64,000 nucleotides of DNA from Candidatus Parcubacteria bacterium. Its GTDB lineage: Bacteria; Patescibacteriota; Patescibacteriia; Patescibacteriales; BM507. Below the pieces are notes generated by a model, which was not told the origin of the DNA, searched no databases, and was given only the letters and a program-made list of their open reading frames with translations. Location: positions 10,843 to 74,842 of the forward strand of contig PKTH01000011.1 in the NCBI GenBank assembly GCA_002869265.1. Reading direction: 5' to 3'. Below, piece by piece: positions 37,596 through 50,387 of the stretch. The translations under genes and the position numbers were made by a program. Each line of letters begins with the position of its first letter. Positions within the stretch are counted from its first letter, which is position 1.

Positions 37596-38219
37596 ATGTT
37601 TAAAAAACACTTTTTAGCACCATTAACTATAGTATTCTTTTCTTTTTTTGTAAGTCTTTTTCTTTTTGCTCCTGTGTCTTTTAAAAATGTTGCTCTAGCA
37701 CTTAACTTAGCAGATTATAATAAAAGCCCTGGGGATCAATTAACCAATAATGATTGGAATAGATTGTCCGATGACTTTGTGGCCAAGAGTGGTGACACTA
37801 TGACAGGGCCTTTATTGTTACCTTCAAGCACTCCATCTTCATCAAACGAGGCGGTGTCTAAAGACTATGTTGACAACATGGCTCTTGTTCTTGGTCCTTC
37901 TGGAGATCAATATAAAATGTACTGTGATCATGGACCAGTTGGTGGCTGGACCAGTTATGGTACCGCAGGGTCTGCGACCGTCGCAACAGTCGTCGACTCA
38001 AGTGCTTCCGGGTTCTCTTCTGTTATTAGATATTTTGTTTCTTTGACTGGGTCAAATGTGGCTCCAACCCTAGGTCAGAATACAATATATAATATGACCA
38101 GTAACTCATTCGAACTTCATATAGTATATGCAGATTGGCATGGAGAATTTAATCCATTTACTGGCGATCAGGCGAATACTTGGGGCTGGCAAGTCCATTG
38201 GTGTGCTGTAGGTTATTAG
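37596..38219 (+). CDS. Secreted protein with tail-fibre-like motif and H-lectin-like C-terminal domain
   Basis: Signal/TM, FVAKSGDTMTGPL…AVSKDYVD, terminal WQVHWCAVG. Confidence 0.55.
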   Translation: MFKKHFLAPLTIVFFSFFVSLFLFAPVSFKNVALALNLADYNKSPGDQLTNNDWNRLSDDFVAKSGDTMTGPLLLPSSTPSSSNEAVSKDYVDNMALVLGPSGDQYKMYCDHGPVGGWTSYGTAGSATVATVVDSSASGFSSVIRYFVSLTGSNVAPTLGQNTIYNMTSNSFELHIVYADWHGEFNPFTGDQANTWGWQVHWCAVGY

Positions 38220-38223
38220 TATT

Positions 38224-38745
38224 ATGAAATATATAACAAAAACATTATTTTTTTCTTTATTTTTTCTCTTAGGTTTTCTGTCATCTTATCTTATTAATCA
38301 AGGAATTAAAGAACAATCCTATGAGGCCTGCAGGGAAGAAGTTAAAGAAAGGTTCAGTCTACTTGACCCTGCAACAGCAGAAAGGATCGACCTCAAGGCC
38401 CCTGTAAAGGCTGTCTTTGGAAAAATTGAGACAATCGGAGGAAATGAAATCACAGTTAAGATAAGACCAATAAATGCAGTTGCTGACCCAGAGCTGGATT
38501 TTAGAGATGTATTGATAGGTGACAAAACACAAATAGTTAAATATGTTCCAAAGAATAATTCTGCCGCTCAGGTGAGTGAGGTTGGTGATGAGCAGGCTTA
38601 CGAAGAGGATGGTTATACTTATGAAAAGGCGATATTAGACATTAATAGTCTCAGCGCTGGCCAAAATGTGGTTGTTCACTCTGATATTGATATCGAAAAC
38701 GAGAGAGAATTTATTGCCAGAGAGATTGTTATATACGAAAATTAA
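38224..38745 (+). CDS. Hypothetical membrane-anchored OB-fold-like (DUF5666-like) protein
   Basis: N-terminal TM, GKIETIGGNEITV…LSAGQNVVV…AREIVI. Confidence 0.5.
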   Translation: MKYITKTLFFSLFFLLGFLSSYLINQGIKEQSYEACREEVKERFSLLDPATAERIDLKAPVKAVFGKIETIGGNEITVKIRPINAVADPELDFRDVLIGDKTQIVKYVPKNNSAAQVSEVGDEQAYEEDGYTYEKAILDINSLSAGQNVVVHSDIDIENEREFIAREIVIYEN

Positions 38746-38823
38746 AAGAACCAATCAAATAAGGGAGGCAGGTAAAGTTACTATTTGTTAACCCTTTTTT
38801 TATTTCAAGAAATAGAGATGTAA

Positions 38824-39717
38824 ATGAAAACACAACCTAAATTTTCAATAGTTATAGCAAATTATAATTATGGCCGATATATTGAAGAGGCCATAAAAAG
38901 TGTTTTCTCTCAGACATATTCAAACTGGGAAATTATTGTTGTTGATGATGGGTCAACTGACAACTCGGTAGTTAATATAAAAAAGTTTTTACCAAGCAAA
39001 AGAATTAAATTGTTTGAATTAAATAAAAACATGGGATGTGGTTATGCTAAAGACTATGCAATTAAAAAGAGCAATGGCGATATAGTTGGAATTTTAGATT
39101 CAGACGACTGTCTAAGCATTAATTGTTTAGAGGAAGTCGTGCTAGCTTATAACAAGGAGAGTGAAGCTGGTATGATTTATACGACTAGTTTTCAGTGTGA
39201 CAGTAACCTTGAAAAGAAAAAAATAACTGACTGGGTTGGAGCTCTAGGTGACAATAAAACTAATTTACACGAATCAAGGATAGATCATTTCTTAACCTTT
39301 AGAAAAGAGCTTTACAGCAAGACAGTTGGAATTAACAATAAGCTAAGAAGCGCAGTTGATAAGGACCTTATTTACAAGCTAGAGGAGGTTACGCAACCGG
39401 TTTTTTTGGATAAGCCACTTTATTATAGACGTGATAATGATAAGGGGATTTCCCAAAAAAAACAGGAAGCAGATGCCTATCTTAATTGTGTTGATGTCAT
39501 GTTCGATGCTTTTAAAAGAAGAAAAGGTTTGAATTTTAATAATTTATCGAACAGAAAAATGTCAGAGGTATTAATGAAAGCATCTCTACTGGCCACTAGA
39601 AGAAAGAAGTATATATTGTTTGTTATTTTTATTCTTAGAGGTATTGTCCTGTGTCCTAGAAATATTTTACTCTTTTATAATTTTGCAATAAGAAAATTGT
39701 TTATAAAAAAACGATGA
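38824..39717 (+). CDS. Glycosyltransferase family 2
   Basis: SIVIANYN, VVDDGSTD, LDSDD. Confidence 0.9.
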   Translation: MKTQPKFSIVIANYNYGRYIEEAIKSVFSQTYSNWEIIVVDDGSTDNSVVNIKKFLPSKRIKLFELNKNMGCGYAKDYAIKKSNGDIVGILDSDDCLSINCLEEVVLAYNKESEAGMIYTTSFQCDSNLEKKKITDWVGALGDNKTNLHESRIDHFLTFRKELYSKTVGINNKLRSAVDKDLIYKLEEVTQPVFLDKPLYYRRDNDKGISQKKQEADAYLNCVDVMFDAFKRRKGLNFNNLSNRKMSEVLMKASLLATRRKKYILFVIFILRGIVLCPRNILLFYNFAIRKLFIKKR

Positions 39718-40637
39718 AATTATTATCAATTGTCGTTTGCACAATAGGGAAAACCGAAACGCTTCAAGACTCATTAGAAGAGATTCTGCTTCAAATCAGA
39801 AACTCAGATGTAGAATTGGTTTTGGTTGCTAATAATCAAAAAAGTTTTGATTTGCTAAAAAGCTTTAACTTTAGGGATGACAATAAATTAAGTATTCATT
39901 TTGAGGAAAAGATTGGTTTAAGTTTTGCAAGGAATAGGGGGGTTAAAGAGGCTTCCGGAGAATATGTATTATTTACTGATGATGATGCATTCTTGAGTGA
40001 AGGTTTTATTGATGAACTTTTTAAGACTCTCAAATCAAACAAACACGATATTGTCGGAGGCCCCATAAAACCTTTTTTTCTGACAGGCAAAGCTAAATGG
40101 TTTAAAGAAGATTATGAGACCCTGTATTTTGGTGAACAAGGAAGGAATCTTAAAGAAAACGAATTTCTGTATGGACCTAATATTATAATAAAAAAAGAAA
40201 TTATAAATCACATTGGTGGTTTTGATCCATCCTTCGGTCTTAGAGGGGAGAAAATATATTTAGGCGAGGAGATAGATATACAGATTAGAGCAAGAAAGAA
40301 GGGGTATAAGGTCTTCTACAATCCAGATCTTTTGGTAAAGCATTATATCGAGAAGAGAAAGACAAGTCTTTCATATGTTGTTTTAAGGAGATTTCAATCA
40401 GCACAGTCAAATTTTTTTCTTTTTTCAAAGGATAACTGTATTGTGGACACTTGTTTCTATCTGCTAAGGCAAGGAGTTATTATTGTTTTTAGATTATTAA
40501 CCTTTTTTTTTCGAGACAGAAATAAATGGCCACATTGGCAACAGTATTTTATAGAAGAATTTTTAAGAAGGACAGAAGCATTTGTTTGGTTATTTTTGTG
40601 TATAAAAAAATCATTTCGTTTGGATAAAATTTTATGA
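39714..40637 (+). CDS. Glycosyltransferase family 2
   Basis: GLSFARNRG, FTDDDA, GGFD, GEEID. Confidence 0.9.
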   Translation: MKLLSIVVCTIGKTETLQDSLEEILLQIRNSDVELVLVANNQKSFDLLKSFNFRDDNKLSIHFEEKIGLSFARNRGVKEASGEYVLFTDDDAFLSEGFIDELFKTLKSNKHDIVGGPIKPFFLTGKAKWFKEDYETLYFGEQGRNLKENEFLYGPNIIIKKEIINHIGGFDPSFGLRGEKIYLGEEIDIQIRARKKGYKVFYNPDLLVKHYIEKRKTSLSYVVLRRFQSAQSNFFLFSKDNCIVDTCFYLLRQGVIIVFRLLTFFFRDRNKWPHWQQYFIEEFLRRTEAFVWLFLCIKKSFRLDKIL

Positions 40638-41527
40638 AAAATATCTTGATTTCAGTTTTAATGGCTAATCGGAATAACCAGAAATATATTAGCCAATCTA
40701 TAGAAAGCTTAATTAGCCAGACTTATCATAACTGGGAGCTGATTATCGTTGACGATTGTTCAAGTGACAACTCTCCATCTATCGCCTATGCTTATTTAAA
40801 GGATCAAAGGATTAAATATTATAGAAACAAGGAGCGGTTATATTGTGGGGGGGCAAAAAAATATGCGGCTAGTAAAGCGTCAGGAAGCATTTTTGTTGTT
40901 CTGGATTCGGATGACATATTATTATCAAGTGCTTTGCATTGTCTTGTTCAAAGCCATATTGAAAGTATTGATTCGGGTTTAATTTATAGTAACCATTCTT
41001 ACATAGATGAAAAGGGTCGGGTTATAGGTAAGAATCTCTGGACTGGAGAGGTGGAGAGCGGTAGTACTCATCTGCATGAGATCAAAGCCCACCATGTCCT
41101 GTCCTTTAAAGAAAAATATTATAATATGTGTGGTGGTTTTTCAGATGAATTCAGGGTTGCTGAAGACAAAGATCTGATATATAAAATTGAAGAAGTTTCT
41201 AAGACTAGGCATATTGATGGGGAATTATATTGTTACAGAATTCATAATAACAGCATTTCCCAGAAAGGAGCAAAGGCAAATTTATCGAAAACTTACGATA
41301 TAAAGGCAAAATATAGTGCATTTCTCAGAAGAAAAAACAATGGTTTCCACTCTCTTTCTGAAGAGAGAATGGCAGAGCTTCTTTACGAGGGGGCGGCCAG
41401 ATCTGTACTTGGCTTCAATATAATTAATTTTCTTTGGTTTTTTCAAAAAGCATTTAAGCTTAATAGAAACATGTTCAGAGGCGTGGTGGTTATTTTAAAT
41501 AAAATAGTTAATAAAAAAAATGCCTAA
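40634..41527 (+). CDS. Glycosyltransferase family 2
   Basis: IVDDCSSD, LDSDD, AEDKDL. Confidence 0.9.
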   Translation: MKNILISVLMANRNNQKYISQSIESLISQTYHNWELIIVDDCSSDNSPSIAYAYLKDQRIKYYRNKERLYCGGAKKYAASKASGSIFVVLDSDDILLSSALHCLVQSHIESIDSGLIYSNHSYIDEKGRVIGKNLWTGEVESGSTHLHEIKAHHVLSFKEKYYNMCGGFSDEFRVAEDKDLIYKIEEVSKTRHIDGELYCYRIHNNSISQKGAKANLSKTYDIKAKYSAFLRRKNNGFHSLSEERMAELLYEGAARSVLGFNIINFLWFFQKAFKLNRNMFRGVVVILNKIVNKKNA

Positions 41528-42413
41528 AATATCTATCTTGATGGCAAATTACAACAATGCCCTGTATATTGAAGAATCAATCAAGTCTATTCTAGAACAG
41601 GAGTACAAGGACTGGGAGCTTATTATCGTTGATGATTGCTCAATAGACAATTCTGTGGAAAAGATTTCTAAAAACTTGGGAGAGGATAGAATTCGTTTTT
41701 ATAAAAATGAATTAAACCAAGGATACATAGCTACACTGAAAAAAATGATTTCATTAAGTTCCACAAATATTTTAACTATAGTGGACAGTGATGACGCGAT
41801 TAATAAAAACGCTTTGAAGACATTAATGAAAGTATTTTTGGATAATCCCAGTGTTGGACTTGTCTACTCACAGAATTGGCACTGTGATGAGAATTTAAAA
41901 ATACTTAAAAAGGGGTACTAACAGGCCTTGCCAGAGGGGGAGAGTAATCTGAGAAATAATTACATACATCATTTACGCGCATTTAAAAAGAGTGAGTATC
42001 TAAAAACCTCTGGGTACGATGAGGACATCCTTTACGCAGAAGACATAGATATAATCCTTAAATTAGAGGAGGTGACGGAAATATATTTTATTGATAAGCC
42101 TTTGTATTACTATAGAGTGTTAAAAAATTCCCAAACCCACGGGTTTAGAAATGAAATGATTAATAGATCCTCTGCGGCACTTGCAAAGTATAATGCGTAC
42201 AAGAGAAGAGAGATGAAAGGACTAGACAACTTAGATAAAAACGAAATAACTTTTGTCTTATTTCTTGGACTTATTACCTCTGTTTTATCATTTAGAGTGT
42301 CTTTGTTTTTTGTATTTTTACGAGGGCTATTTAAAATTTCTCCTTTTTTTATATTTAATATAAATTTCTATAAACAGATTTTTCTAAAAATAAAAAAAAT
42401 AAAAAACTTTTAG
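41520..42413 (+). pseudogene. Glycosyltransferase family 2 split by one in-frame TAA (41919-41921)
   Basis: ORFs 41520-41921 and 41928-42413 share a frame (KKGY*QALPEGESNL) and together give 297 codons, the same length as the neighbouring paralogs. Confidence 0.85.
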
Positions 42414-43702
42414 GCCTCATAGACCTTCTTCTTCGAAAATATTTTTTGCCAGAATTTGTCTCTATAGATAATTATTAGAACAGCTATGTGGAAAATATCT
42501 GTTAAAATAAAAGACAATATTGTCCCCATTAAACCAAAAAAGGTTGTTAAAAAAAATAGCGCAGATATCCTGAATACAGGAACAAGGGTTTGTAAAAAAT
42601 ATAATTTTTTTGTCTCGGCATGCGCAATTAGTGCTTGGCCAAAAAGAACTTTTGGGAAAAAAATAAGAGATATTGCAAATAGTTGAGAATAGATAACAGC
42701 ATCTTCATATTGATGAAATAATATTCTAAAGATTAGGGGAGATGATAGGTAGTAAAGTACAATTATCGGTATAAGCACAATTGAAAATTTAAGACTTTTG
42801 ACGAGTAGAGTTTTTTTCAGATCATCCATTTTTCTCTGGCTTAGTTTTGGTAAGAAAATATTTGAAAAATTCCCTAGAAAGCTGGTTATTTCAGAAATAG
42901 GTCTTGTGGCAAAAGAGTATATTGCAAGTTGCACCGGCCCCAAAAGATTAAAGATGAGAATCTTGTCTATATTAAAAGAGATAGTTGAAAGAACACCCAT
43001 CAAACTTAAGTGCTTTCCATATTTAATAAAAGACTCATCTTTATTTTTATTGGGTGGAAAATTTTTAAGAGTTAGTCGAATTAAAATTATTTTAGACAAA
43101 ACACCAAAGACAAGAAAAGTGCTTAGTATAATATAGATATTCTTTGTAAAAACAGTAGCAATAAGGAGTGGGAAAAAATTTAAAAAATTTCCAAATATTT
43201 TATATTTTGCAATTGTTTGGAAATTCTTTTTCCCAAATAAATATGCTGCCCATAAATCAAGGTTGTTTAAAAATGGCACAAAGACTACTGAAATGAGGAA
43301 TATAACAGACAGGGTTATGTCGTTCTGGGTGAAATAATAAAATGACAGGAAAAGAGATATAATCGATCCGAGGACACCCCATTTCGCCTTTTCTGTTATA
43401 GCTTTCTTGACCACCATTTCATTTCCTTGAGCAACGGTTCGTGTTACAGAGGTATCTATCCCACTTAAGGTAGATATCATTAGTATTGTAATCACTGATA
43501 AAGAATATCTGTATGTTCCGTAGATTTCGGGGGAGAGATAGTTAGCAAATACTATAGCAATAAGAAAGCTAGAAGAAACAGAAAAAAACTTCTCAATTGT
43601 TAGCCAAAATCCTCCGTTTGCTAAATAAACCATATCAGTGTTTGTCCATTTCTCAGTCCATTTAAGAAATACTATTATATATTTTTTGAAATAATCTATC
43701 AT
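42410..43702 (-). CDS. wzx: Wzx-like oligosaccharide flippase (MOP superfamily)
   Basis: 12+ TMs, LSPEIYGTY, IDKILI…LGPVQLAIYSFA motifs. Confidence 0.85.
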   Translation of the reverse strand: MIDYFKKYIIVFLKWTEKWTNTDMVYLANGGFWLTIEKFFSVSSSFLIAIVFANYLSPEIYGTYRYSLSVITILMISTLSGIDTSVTRTVAQGNEMVVKKAITEKAKWGVLGSIISLFLSFYYFTQNDITLSVIFLISVVFVPFLNNLDLWAAYLFGKKNFQTIAKYKIFGNFLNFFPLLIATVFTKNIYIILSTFLVFGVLSKIILIRLTLKNFPPNKNKDESFIKYGKHLSLMGVLSTISFNIDKILIFNLLGPVQLAIYSFATRPISEITSFLGNFSNIFLPKLSQRKMDDLKKTLLVKSLKFSIVLIPIIVLYYLSSPLIFRILFHQYEDAVIYSQLFAISLIFFPKVLFGQALIAHAETKKLYFLQTLVPVFRISALFFLTTFFGLMGTILSFILTDIFHIAVLIIIYRDKFWQKIFSKKKVYEA

Positions 43703-44379
43703 TTTTTTAAAAAGTATTTTGGTATCTCATGTTCTTGTTGTTTGCTTTTTTGAGCAACAACTATCATCCAGGGTCCAACTATTTTTATTTCTAAAATGCT
43801 TATTCTTTTTTTTAGGAAATTATAAATCCTTGACAGGTCAAAGTATACGACGTGCTCATTTATCTGAATTGAATCTTCAAATGGAGTAGATATGAGCAGG
43901 AGACCATTTTCTTCTAGATGGGAAATGGCCTGATCAATAGTTTGCTTCCACCTTTTTACATGTTCCAGGGTTTCAAAACAGCTTATAATATCAAATTTTG
44001 ACCATAGATTAATTTTGGGAAGAGTTCGCACATGGCCTTCTATGTTTTTTTTGATAAGATTGTCTATCGCTTTTTTGGAAAAATCTATGCCCACTCTTTT
44101 TTTAGCTTCTGGTATATTTGTAAGAAAATATCCCTGTCCACAACCAATATCTAAAACACTCTTGTTATTAAAGTCTACTCTATTAATAATATCTTTAATT
44201 AAATTATCAAAACGGAATGTTGGATTTTTTATTTCTTGACTATGAATATTGTCCCAGTACTCAGAAGAATTGACATTAAGTTTTGAGTATTTAATAAAGA
44301 GATACAAAAAGGGAAAATGTTTGTATGTAAAATTACTAAACAGGACTTTTTTTATAAATTTTTTTATTATTTTTATCAT
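43699..44379 (-). CDS. Class I SAM-dependent methyltransferase
   Basis: VLDIGCGQG, GIDFS, FETLEHV, GLLLISTP. Confidence 0.9.
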   Translation of the reverse strand: MIKIIKKFIKKVLFSNFTYKHFPFLYLFIKYSKLNVNSSEYWDNIHSQEIKNPTFRFDNLIKDIINRVDFNNKSVLDIGCGQGYFLTNIPEAKKRVGIDFSKKAIDNLIKKNIEGHVRTLPKINLWSKFDIISCFETLEHVKRWKQTIDQAISHLEENGLLLISTPFEDSIQINEHVVYFDLSRIYNFLKKRISILEIKIVGPWMIVVAQKSKQQEHEIPKYFLKK

Positions 44380-44494
44380 CTATATTTATATTTTAGCTCT
44401 TTTAGGCTATAATTAAATAATACCAGTACTGATCTTTATCGGCAAATGTTATGCAGATAAAATATTTCCTTATTTTCTAAAAGTCAAGCAATAA

Positions 44495-45301
44495 ATGATT
44501 TGTTATTTTTACTCAACAATTTTTATTCTCGGAACATTGATTGGCAGTTTTATTAACTGTCTTGTTTGGCGTCTCCATAAAAACGAAAGTATTTTGGGGA
44601 GGTCTTATTGTCCTAAGTGTCGAAAGCAAATCTACTGGTATGAAAATATTCCAATTCTTTCATATATATTCTTGAAAGCAAAATGTAGTGGTTGTGGGAA
44701 GAAGATTAGTATTCAATATCCTTTAGTAGAACTTATTACAGGCATCTTATTTGCTCTGTCTTTTTATTTAAATTTAGTTAACTTGGGCGCGATTGATCTT
44801 TATGGCATTGTTTTTTCGTTTGATTTTGAGTTTTTAATTAGAGTTATTAGAGATTTGTTTTTAATTTCTGTAATGATAATTATCTTTTTATACGACCTCC
44901 GTTGGTATTTAATTTTGGACAGAATAACTCTACCTGCGATTTTTCTTATTTTTGCATTAAACATTTTTCTAGGCTTTGACCTAAAAAGTCTTTTACTCGG
45001 CGTTCTAGTTGGGGGAGGCTTCTTCTTGTTCCAATTCTTAGTTTCTAGAGGGAAATGGATTGGAGGAGGGGATATTAGGCTGGGGGCGCTTATGGGAGCT
45101 ATGTTTTCTTGGCCAATGATTTTATTGGCCTTATTCCTTTCATACATAATTGGTTCACTTGTCTCAGTTCCTTTGGTCATTTTTGGAAAAAAAGAATGGG
45201 GCTCTCAAATACCCTTCGGAGTCTTTCTGACCAGCGCCTCTGTGGTCGTCGTTTTTTGGGGCACAGAAATTCTTAGGTGGTATCTATCTCTAATCTATTA
45301 A
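44495..45301 (+). CDS. pilD: Prepilin peptidase PilD (A24)
   Basis: GSFINC, RSYCPKC…CSGC, YPLVEL, YDL, GGGDIRL, IPFGVFL. Confidence 0.95.
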   Translation: MICYFYSTIFILGTLIGSFINCLVWRLHKNESILGRSYCPKCRKQIYWYENIPILSYIFLKAKCSGCGKKISIQYPLVELITGILFALSFYLNLVNLGAIDLYGIVFSFDFEFLIRVIRDLFLISVMIIIFLYDLRWYLILDRITLPAIFLIFALNIFLGFDLKSLLLGVLVGGGFFLFQFLVSRGKWIGGGDIRLGALMGAMFSWPMILLALFLSYIIGSLVSVPLVIFGKKEWGSQIPFGVFLTSASVVVVFWGTEILRWYLSLIY

Positions 45302-45397
45302 TATATTTATAATCTAATATTAGACAAAAAAATTGTCTTTATTTTTTTGTTTTAATGCTCTTTTTGTGTTATAATTTGCATATATTAGATAAAATTA

Positions 45398-45994
45398 ATG
45401 AATATTTTAAAGAAAAAATCAGGCTTTAGTCTTATTGAGCTTGTAGTCTCCATATCTATAATTGCTATAATTTCCGCTATAATGATAGCTAACTATAGGT
45501 CTGGGGGGAATTCCAATGAGTTAAGTGTTGCTGCCCAGAACTTGGTTAGTGAAATAAGAAAAGCTCAGGCATATTCATTGAGCCACAGAGAACATAATGG
45601 GACTATTTATCCAACAGGCGGCTGGGGAGTTCGCCTGACAGATGATACTTCAGGTGATCTGAATAAGAATTTTATATTTTATTATGATATCCCTGACATT
45701 GGGCCACCACTTAGAACTCAAAAGTTTGATCAAGCTATTGAGAAAAGCTATTCATCGCAAATAGGTCATAATGTCTTTGTTTCCAATATAATTTGTGATG
45801 GGGTAGACACCAATGCCTATTTTTGGGTTGTTTTTGAGCCACCGGAACCGAAGATTAATTTTCTTCGTTCTAGTGATCCAAGTAACACTACCCTAACAGA
45901 AGGCATAAATACTGTTGAGATAGTTTTGGAACACAGTTCTGGTAAAACAAAGAGTATAATTCTAAATAAATTTGGTCTTATTGATATAAACTAA
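45398..45994 (+). CDS. Minor pilin (FimT/GspH-like)
   Basis: SG|FSLIELVVSISII class III signal. Confidence 0.85.
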   Translation: MNILKKKSGFSLIELVVSISIIAIISAIMIANYRSGGNSNELSVAAQNLVSEIRKAQAYSLSHREHNGTIYPTGGWGVRLTDDTSGDLNKNFIFYYDIPDIGPPLRTQKFDQAIEKSYSSQIGHNVFVSNIICDGVDTNAYFWVVFEPPEPKINFLRSSDPSNTTLTEGINTVEIVLEHSSGKTKSIILNKFGLIDIN

Positions 45995-46525
45995 ATGAGA
46001 TTCAAGATAAAAAAAAATAAATTTCTGAACAATAAGCAAGGCTTCTCTGTTATGGAAGTAATCGTTGCGCTTTCAATTTTTTCAATCGGCCTTATTGGCA
46101 TGGCCAGCCTGATGCTTCAGTCAATGCAGGCTGAAGCCTTAAATGAAGGTTATCTAAAGGCTTCGTTATTTGCTCAAGAGGGAGTAGAACTGGTCAGAGG
46201 GATAAGGGATGAGAATTGGTTAAACCCTTCTTTGGTCGCCTGGGATCTAAATATCTATGACCCAGCTGATACAACCTTTACTATAGATTATAATAATAAC
46301 ATTGATCGATCTGTAGATTTTATAACAGACGCAGGGGCCGTTTTGCGTTTAAATGGTGGTGATTTTTATGAGCATGCTGCGGGCCAGGCGACCACTTACA
46401 GCAGATTAATGGATGTGACTTCTTGTGGTCCGGACTGCAGAGAAGTGAAGGCGACAGTTTCTTGGAAACATTCCGGGAAAGTCAGTACTTATGAAGCAAC
46501 AACTATTTTATATGACTGGAGATAA
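45995..46525 (+). CDS. Minor pilin (PilV-like)
   Basis: QG|FSVMEVIVAL; AQEGVELVRGIRD. Confidence 0.85.
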   Translation: MRFKIKKNKFLNNKQGFSVMEVIVALSIFSIGLIGMASLMLQSMQAEALNEGYLKASLFAQEGVELVRGIRDENWLNPSLVAWDLNIYDPADTTFTIDYNNNIDRSVDFITDAGAVLRLNGGDFYEHAAGQATTYSRLMDVTSCGPDCREVKATVSWKHSGKVSTYEATTILYDWR

Positions 46526-46526
46526 T

Positions 46527-47103
46527 ATGCATAAAATAAATAATCAAAAAGGACACACCCTGTTAGAGATGGTTGTTGCTGTTGCGATTTTTTCTGTACT
46601 TTTTTTAATGATTACAAATATCTATTTAATGATGACCCAAAACCAAAACAGGGTTATAGCTACTCAAAACATCCAAGAAAGTATGAAATTTGTTTTTGAA
46701 ATGATAAGTAAAGAAATGAGAACCGCTAGAAAAAGTGATAATACTTGCTCAACCTTTTTACCTGCCGCCTCTGTCCCGGATACAAACAATAAGGTTTATA
46801 ACACCGCTGACTCTGGAGCCGTATTTTATTTTGAGAACAAGGATGGGCAATGTGTGGTATATCTTCTTGAAGCCTATGGCCCCGTGGGTGGTTTTAAGAT
46901 TATCCGTGATACTGAAGAATATTTTGTTACCCCCGATGAGCTAAATTTAGAAAACATGCATTTTTTTATCTGGGATGATGCTGTTGGAGACTTTCACTCT
47001 GATCAACCGTTTGTAACCATGAGGGTTGATGTCGAGGATAGCACCCCTAGAGAAATGAATAAATTAAGAACTAGGTATCAAACAACTATTTCATCAAGAT
47101 ATT

Positions 47104-47111
<8 letters not shown>
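46527..47111 (+). CDS. Minor pilin (PilW/GspJ-like)
   Basis: KG|HTLLEMVVAVAIF; MISKEMRTA; terminal TTISSR. Confidence 0.8.
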
Positions 47112-49672
<2,561 letters not shown>

Positions 49673-49676
49673 TATT

Positions 49677-49967
49677 ATGAAATTAGAAAAAAAAGATATT
49701 GAACATATTGCTCGTCTTGCCAGACTTGATTTAAGTGAGCAAGAATTAAAAGAGTACGGAGATCAGCTTTCAGACGTTTTGGGTTATATAAATCAATTGC
49801 AGGAGGTAAATACTGACAGTGTTGAGCCGACTGCTCAGGTAACTGGTCTAGAAAATAGTTTACGAGAAGATACTGTCGACAATTGGCCAGAGGCCGAAAG
49901 AGAAGAAGCTCTAGCTGAAGCTCCAGAAACAGAAGATCATCAAGTAAAAGTAAAAAGAGTCCTGTAG
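49677..49967 (+). CDS. gatC: Asp/Glu-tRNA amidotransferase subunit C
   Basis: IEHIARLARL…LQEVNTDSVEPT…LRED. Confidence 0.93.
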   Translation: MKLEKKDIEHIARLARLDLSEQELKEYGDQLSDVLGYINQLQEVNTDSVEPTAQVTGLENSLREDTVDNWPEAEREEALAEAPETEDHQVKVKRVL

Positions 49968-50000
49968 TCACAAAACATTAAACCTAAAACACGCAGCAAA

Positions 50001-50342
50001 ATGAGATACCATGAAAAACTAAAAATCAAAATGGATCAATATGCACATATGGTTTATGGGCTTACAAAAAGTTTTCCAAAAGAAGAGCTTTATGGAGTCA
50101 CTTCTCAGTTGAGAAGATCGTCATTATCAGTTATCTTAAATTATGTTGAAGGGTTTGCTAGAAGAAAAGGAGATAACTGTAAGGTGTATAAAAATTTTTT
50201 GGAAATTTCTTATGGATCACTTAAAGAGTCAAAATATCTTTTACATTTTTCATTAGTGGAAAAATATTTAAGTGAAGACGATTATAAAAAAATTGCACCA
50301 CTCTCTGATGAGATAGGGGCAATGTTGTATAAAGCACTATAA
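50001..50342 (+). CDS. Four-helix-bundle protein (23S rRNA IVP/Avd-like fold)
   Basis: FPKEELYGVTSQLRRSSLSVILNYVEG…FLEISYGSLKE signature. Confidence 0.88.
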   Translation: MRYHEKLKIKMDQYAHMVYGLTKSFPKEELYGVTSQLRRSSLSVILNYVEGFARRKGDNCKVYKNFLEISYGSLKESKYLLHFSLVEKYLSEDDYKKIAPLSDEIGAMLYKAL

Positions 50343-50387
50343 TTAAAAACGTTGCATGTTACATGCTGACTGTTATTATAAATATAT

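Noticed and set aside
50001..50342. Diversity-generating retroelement (Avd-like gene)
   Set aside because: No reverse transcriptase and no TR/VR pair differing at adenines seen in the window
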